Assembly (NCBI GenBank): GCA_963801445.1
Contig: CAWDEW010000010.1
Location: 21,338 to 85,337 of the forward strand
DNA length: 64,000 bases
DNA from: an uncultured Chloroflexia bacterium
Lineage (GTDB): Bacteria; Chloroflexota; Limnocylindria; Limnocylindrales; CSP1-4
Direction: 5' to 3'
Shown here: one piece after another, positions 59,417 to 64,000 of the stretch
Layout of the letters: each line of letters starts with the position of its first letter
Numbering within the stretch: position 1 is the stretch's first letter
Notes under the pieces: model-generated
What the model was told of the DNA's origin: nothing
Database searches by the model: none
What the model saw: the letters and a program-made list of their open reading frames with translations, nothing else
Made by a program: the position numbers and the translations under genes

Positions 59417-60111
59417 CTACTCCCAGGCATCGGTGCGAATGCTGTCAGGGGATGCACCGTGCCCGCGCAGCTGCGCCGTGAGCGCGCCGAGCATCGCCGG
59501 GGGGCCGCTCAGGTAGAAGACGGGGCTGTGCAGCTCCGTGATGGCCGGCCAGGCCGCGTCTACCGCAAGGCGGCCGTCGGTCGCCTCGCAGACCAGGCGG
59601 CAGGTCAGGGAGGGAACCTCGCGCGCGCGGGCCTCCGCGAGAGGACCGTAGACGAAGAGGTTCGGCGTGCGGGCGCCGTAGAAGAGCAGGACGCGGGGCG
59701 CCCGGCCGGCCTCCAGCGACCGCGAGGAATGCCGTGAACGCCGTGATGCCGGTGCCGCCTGCGAAGAGCACCGCGTCCCGTGTTGGATCGACGATGAATT
59801 CGCCGTACGGCAGCTTGACCCAGACATCGAGCCCCGCAGCCAGCTCGCGCTCCATGCGCGTCGTGAAGGCGCCCTTGACCGCGTAGGTGATCGCGAGCCG
59901 GTCCCGTTCCGCGGGTGAGCTGGCGATCGAGAACACGCGCGAGTCCGGCCAGAAGCCGCCGGGCAGGTAGGGGTCGAGGGCGAGGTGCAGGAACTGTCCG
60001 GGCGTGAAGCGCGGCACCGGCTGCGGACGGGGCGAGCTCCACCGTGTAGACGTGCTCGCCGTGATCGGTCACGGCGCGGACCGCGCAGGGGATCCTGCGA
60101 ACGACGGCCAC
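59417..60111 (-). CDS. FAD/NAD-binding ferredoxin-reductase-type oxidoreductase (E3/AscD-like, no Fe-S domain); frameshifts near 60020 and 59720
   Basis: FTPGQFLHL, RVFSIASSP, LFAGGTGITAF, FYLSGPP, IRTDAWE. Confidence 0.8.
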
Positions 60112-60118
60112 GCGCGCC

Positions 60119-61495
60119 TCAACGCTCCGCGGACAGCGGCGCGCCGCCGGCCGCGGCGTCGGACGGCGTTCGCTCGCCGGCCATGAAGCGCCCGAACGCC
60201 GCGACCATGTAGTCCAGGCGGGCGTCGTCGATGCCGGGGTAGACACCGACGAAGAACGTGCGCTCCATGACGGCGTCCGTGGTCGCCAGGTCGCCGACGA
60301 CCCGCCGCTCGATGCCCTCGAAGGCTGGGTGCCGCAGCAGGTTGCCGCTGAAGAGGGCGCGCGTCTCGATCCGGCTGGCCTCGAGGAAGGCCGTCAGCTC
60401 CTGGCGCGAGAAGCCGGCGCCTTCGCGCACGGTGATCACGAAGCTGAACCACGACGGATCGGTGTTCGGCGGCGCAACCGGCAGGATGAGTCGGTCCTCG
60501 AACGGCCTCAGCGCCTCGAGCAGGCGCGCGTGGTTGCGCTTGCGAGCCGCGATGAACCCGTCGAGGCGCGCCAGCTGGGCGCAGCCGACGGCGGCCTGCA
60601 TGTCGGTCGCCTTCAGGTTGTAGCCGAGATGGCTGTAGACGTACTTGTGGTCGTAGCCGTGCGGCAGGCTTCCGAACTGCTGGCCGAAGCGCTTGCCGCA
60701 GGTGTTGTTCTCGCCGCCCGCGCAGTAGCAGTCGCGGCCCCAGTCGCGCACGGAGCGGGCGATCCGGGCCAGCTCGTCGTCGTCGGTCACCACCATGCCG
60801 CCCTCGCCGGTCGTGATGTGGTGGGCCGGGTAGAACGACGACGTCGCCAGGTGGCCGAACGTCCCGGTCAGGCGGTCGCGGTAACGCGCGCCCAGGGCGT
60901 CGCAGTTGTCCTCGACGAGCCACAGGTCGTGCTTCTCGACCAGCTCCATGACCGTGTCGAGGTCGAAGGGCACGCCCAGCGTGTGGGCCAGCATGATCGC
61001 GCGCGTGCGGCCCGAGACTGCTGCGCGCAGCTGGTCCGGATCTGCGTTGTAGTCGCCCAGGCGGACGTCGACGAAGACCGGCACCAGGCGGTTCTGGATG
61101 ATCGGGGCCACGGTGCTGGGAAAGCCCGCCGCCACCGTGATCACCTCGTCGCCGGGCTGGAGGCGGCGCTCGCCGAGCCTGGGCGAGGTGAGCGTGGTGA
61201 GGGCCACGAGGTTCGCGGATGAGCCGGAGTTGACGAACAGGGCGTCGGAGAGCCCGAGGTAGTCGGCGACGCCCGCCTCGAACTCCTCGGTGAAGCGGCT
61301 TGCGGTGAGATAGAAGTCGAGGCTCGAATCGACGAGGGAGCGCAGCTCCTCTTCCCCGAAGACGCGGCCCGCGTAGCGCACCGGGTCGCGGTCCGGGTCG
61401 AACGGCGGCGGCGCATGGCGCTCGCGGTAGTACCTGCTCACGAGCTCGAGGATCTCGCGACGGGTGTCCGCGGCGTCGTGGCGCGTGCCTGTCAC
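60119..61495 (-). CDS. rfbH: CDP-4-keto-6-deoxyglucose 3-dehydratase (E1, RfbH/DdhC)
   Basis: SFYPAHHITTGEGG (His in place of Lys), WGRDCYC...NTC, YDHKY, GYNLKATDMQAA. Confidence 0.95.
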   Translation of the reverse strand: MTGTRHDAADTRREILELVSRYYRERHAPPPFDPDRDPVRYAGRVFGEEELRSLVDSSLDFYLTASRFTEEFEAGVADYLGLSDALFVNSGSSANLVALTTLTSPRLGERRLQPGDEVITVAAGFPSTVAPIIQNRLVPVFVDVRLGDYNADPDQLRAAVSGRTRAIMLAHTLGVPFDLDTVMELVEKHDLWLVEDNCDALGARYRDRLTGTFGHLATSSFYPAHHITTGEGGMVVTDDDELARIARSVRDWGRDCYCAGGENNTCGKRFGQQFGSLPHGYDHKYVYSHLGYNLKATDMQAAVGCAQLARLDGFIAARKRNHARLLEALRPFEDRLILPVAPPNTDPSWFSFVITVREGAGFSRQELTAFLEASRIETRALFSGNLLRHPAFEGIERRVVGDLATTDAVMERTFFVGVYPGIDDARLDYMVAAFGRFMAGERTPSDAAAGGAPLSAER

Positions 61496-62610
61496 CTGGT
61501 CGACCTGCCCTCGTCCGCAGCGGCCCATGGAAGCCCCGCCGAGCGGGCATCGTCCTGGTAGGCCTGCAGCTGGTGCTCCACCAGCTCGCGGCCCCTGGCC
61601 GCTGCCCGGTGGTACTCGCGGTACCAGGAGGCCGTCTGGCGGACCGCCGTCCGGGCATCCCAGACCGGCGCCCACCCGAGCTGCTCCCGCGCCTTGGCGC
61701 TGTCGAGGCTGAGGTGGTGGGCTTCGTGCGGCTGGCGCCCGGCGTCGGCCGGCGTGGTCCAGGAGCCCGAGCCCCACTCCTCCACGAAGCGCTCGACCAG
61801 CCAGCGCACCGGCTTGTCGCCGCCCTGGTCCGGGGGGCCGAAGTTCCAGGCACCTTCGTACCGGCCACGATCGCGCAGCATGCAGGCCGCCAGCCAGAGA
61901 TAGCCCGAGAGCGGCTCGAGAACGTGCTGCCAGGGTCGAACGGCGTCGGGGTTGCGGACGACGATGGGCTCGCTCGCGACCAGGGCCCGCACGCAGTCCG
62001 GCACGATCCGGTCGGCGGCCCAGTCACCCGCGCCGATGACGTTGCCTGCGCGAGCCGAGGCTACCGCCGCTCCGTCGGCGAAGAAGCTCTCGCGGTAGGC
62101 CGCCGTGACCAGCTCGGCGCAGCCCTTGCTGGCGCTGTACGGGTCGCGGCCGCCCATGGCGTCCGTCTCGCGGAAGGGCCGGCCGGTCTCGAGGTTCTGG
62201 TAGCACTTGTCGCTGGTGACGACGACGACGGCGCGCACCGAAGGGCAGGCGCGGGCGGCCTCCAGCACGTTGACGGTCCCCATGACGTTGGTCTCGAACG
62301 TCTCGCGCGGCTCGGCGTACGCCCGTCGGACGAGCGCCTGGGCGGCGAGATGGAAGATCACGGAGGGCTGCGAGGCCCGCACCTCGGCCACGAGGCGATC
62401 ACGATCCCGGACGTCGGCGACGACGTGGCGCAGGCGGGCGCCCAGGTCGATCGCCGAGAAGAGGTTGGGCGTGGTGGGCGGCTCGAGGGCGTAGCCGGTG
62501 ACCTCGGCGCCCAGCGTCGTCAACCACTCGGCGAGCCACGCCCCCTTGAACCCGGTGTGGCCGGTGACGAAGACCCGTCGCGCGCGGTAGGTGTCGGCGA
62601 AGGCGGGCAT
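61492..62610 (-). CDS. rfbG: CDP-glucose 4,6-dehydratase
   Basis: TGHTGFKG.WL, HLAAQALV, TSDKCY, DPYSASK, RPWQHVLEPL. Confidence 0.96.
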   Translation of the reverse strand: MPAFADTYRARRVFVTGHTGFKGAWLAEWLTTLGAEVTGYALEPPTTPNLFSAIDLGARLRHVVADVRDRDRLVAEVRASQPSVIFHLAAQALVRRAYAEPRETFETNVMGTVNVLEAARACPSVRAVVVVTSDKCYQNLETGRPFRETDAMGGRDPYSASKGCAELVTAAYRESFFADGAAVASARAGNVIGAGDWAADRIVPDCVRALVASEPIVVRNPDAVRPWQHVLEPLSGYLWLAACMLRDRGRYEGAWNFGPPDQGGDKPVRWLVERFVEEWGSGSWTTPADAGRQPHEAHHLSLDSAKAREQLGWAPVWDARTAVRQTASWYREYHRAAARGRELVEHQLQAYQDDARSAGLPWAAADEGRSTR

Positions 62611-63828
62611 TCAGTACATCAGGATGAGGGGCGTGTCCGGTCCGAACAGGCCCCGGGCCGAGTTCGCGATGGCCGTCTGGCTGACCGCCGAGGCGACCAG
62701 GATCGGCACGTCCAGCCGCTCGACCGCCGCCGGCTCGACCACCGTCCTGCCAGCCAGGAGTCTCCCAGCGTAGTGGGGGTTCGAGTCGATGAAGCCGACG
62801 ATGTTGCAGTCTGCCAGCCGGGACGTTGCCAGCAGGTGCAACGCGTGGGTGCCGGTGCCCCAGACGTAGATGGGGCTCTGCCCTTCCGCGAGCTCGGCGA
62901 TCCTCGCCAGGACTGCTCTCTCCTTCTCGGCGCTGCGCGCGATGTATGCGCTCAGGGCGTCGGCCCCCTCCAGGTCGCGATCCACGGCCAGGCGTCGATC
63001 ACTTCGGCGGCACAGCACCTCGACGCCCGACAGCTCAGCGTCATCGCTCTGCTTCACGACGACCGTTCGCTCGACCACCACCTCCAGGCTCACGGACGCG
63101 AGCAGGTTCCTGAGCGAGGCGGGCGTGAAGTAGTTGATGTGCTCCACGCTGAACTGCTGGTACGGCGCGTCCACGTGATCCGGGAACCGGGCGGCGTCGG
63201 GCACGTGCAGGTAGAGCACGCCATCCGGGCTGAGCAGCTCGGCGATCTCGCGCGTCGCGGCGCCGGGGTTGACCAGGTGCTCGAGAACGGCGACCAGGCT
63301 CACGACCGAGAACCCGACGCCCCACGACCTGGCGGTTCGTGCGTCACCGGCGATGACATCGAGACCGTGGGTCTCCCTCGCCACCCGTGCGGCGTCGGGC
63401 GACGGTTCGACACCATGGACGCTGCTGAACCCGAGATCCCGCAGTGCCACAAGGAGCGCGCCGGTCGCCGTCCCGATGTCCAGGACCGGCGCGGCGCGGT
63501 CGAGAACGTTGGCGGCGATGAACCGCGCCTCGTCCGAGAACCGCTCGGCATCGAATGAGGACAGCTCGGCGCCTGCCGCGCTCAGGTCGTACTTGGACGA
63601 CTGATCGTAGTACTCGGAGAACCGCCCCTGGCCGGGCAGGCCCGAGGCGAAGCACATCCCGCACTCGCGACAGGCAACGACATCGTAGCCGTCGGTGATG
63701 CTGCCGGCCGCGAAATGCTCGAAGCGCTGTCGATACAGGACCTCGTGTCGCAGGGAGCCGCAGACGGGACACGGCCGCACCGCTGGCCCGCCGCGCGCCG
63801 GACCTGCCTGGGACGCCGCGGCGGTCAT
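62611..63828 (-). CDS. Class I SAM-dependent methyltransferase with N-terminal CxxC/CxxC Zn motif (sugar C/O-methyltransferase-like)
   Basis: [41 protein letters not shown]. Confidence 0.8.
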   Translation of the reverse strand: MTAAASQAGPARGGPAVRPCPVCGSLRHEVLYRQRFEHFAAGSITDGYDVVACRECGMCFASGLPGQGRFSEYYDQSSKYDLSAAGAELSSFDAERFSDEARFIAANVLDRAAPVLDIGTATGALLVALRDLGFSSVHGVEPSPDAARVARETHGLDVIAGDARTARSWGVGFSVVSLVAVLEHLVNPGAATREIAELLSPDGVLYLHVPDAARFPDHVDAPYQQFSVEHINYFTPASLRNLLASVSLEVVVERTVVVKQSDDAELSGVEVLCRRSDRRLAVDRDLEGADALSAYIARSAEKERAVLARIAELAEGQSPIYVWGTGTHALHLLATSRLADCNIVGFIDSNPHYAGRLLAGRTVVEPAAVERLDVPILVASAVSQTAIANSARGLFGPDTPLILMY

Positions 63829-64000
63829 GTCCTCGTCCATACGGCCCACGGTGCTTCGCCCGAAGCCCACAGAGCCTCGAGCGTGCGCAGGTCGCGCAGG
63901 GCGTCCATGGGCTGCCAGAAGCCGCGATGGCGGAAGGCCCGCAGCTCGCCGTCGGCGGCGAGGCTCTCGAGCGGGGCGCGCTCGAAGGGCATGTCGTCGC
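63825..64000 (-). CDS. rfbF: Glucose-1-phosphate cytidylyltransferase, C-terminal fragment
   Basis: Translation [57 protein letters not shown]-stop. Confidence 0.9.
   Translation of the reverse strand, partial: DDMPFERAPLESLAADGELRAFRHRGFWQPMDALRDLRTLEALWASGEAPWAVWTRT

Noticed and set aside
1-64000. rRNA, tRNA, transposases, integrases
   Set aside because: None recognisable on either strand by eye; tRNAscan-SE/ISEScan would be needed for formal exclusion.

Overview
High-GC (about 70-75%) bacterial chromosomal window. Gene content, a GAAC-N4-GTTC LexA box and frequent leaderless starts suggest an uncultured Chloroflexota (Limnocylindria-like) organism; this is inference, not a database result. 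Layout: (1) 1-6.7 kb: PMT-like glycosyltransferase, a Cys/Ser/Thr tandem-repeat surface protein, argS, an HExxH lipoprotein and an MBL hydrolase. (2) 6.8-25.5 kb: dispersed THF-linked histidine utilisation genes (hutI, ftcD, hutU, hutH, cyclodeaminase, folD, fhs) with a divergent HisD paralogue. (3) 25.8-32.4 kb: SOS/replication genes (LexA-boxed small gene, dinB, rplI, lexA, dnaB). (4) 32.5-39.9 kb, the most interesting part: a MalT-like STAND/BTAD regulator, a c-di-GMP-II riboswitch with terminator, an unannotated 30-aa signal-like peptide, a membrane HD-GYP phosphodiesterase and a DUF5317-MFS fusion. Together these look like a peptide-signalling system coupled to c-di-GMP feedback, and the sensor/peptide core has lower GC. 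(5) 40-64 kb: surface glycan locus with several GT-C enzymes, GtrA/GtrB, a NeuB-family synthase, and a CDP-3,6-dideoxyhexose plus ThDP-enzyme (yersiniose-like) pathway. At least 16 genes carry 1-nt indel frameshifts, most likely consensus errors. No rRNA, tRNA, CRISPR array, transposase or integrase was seen.
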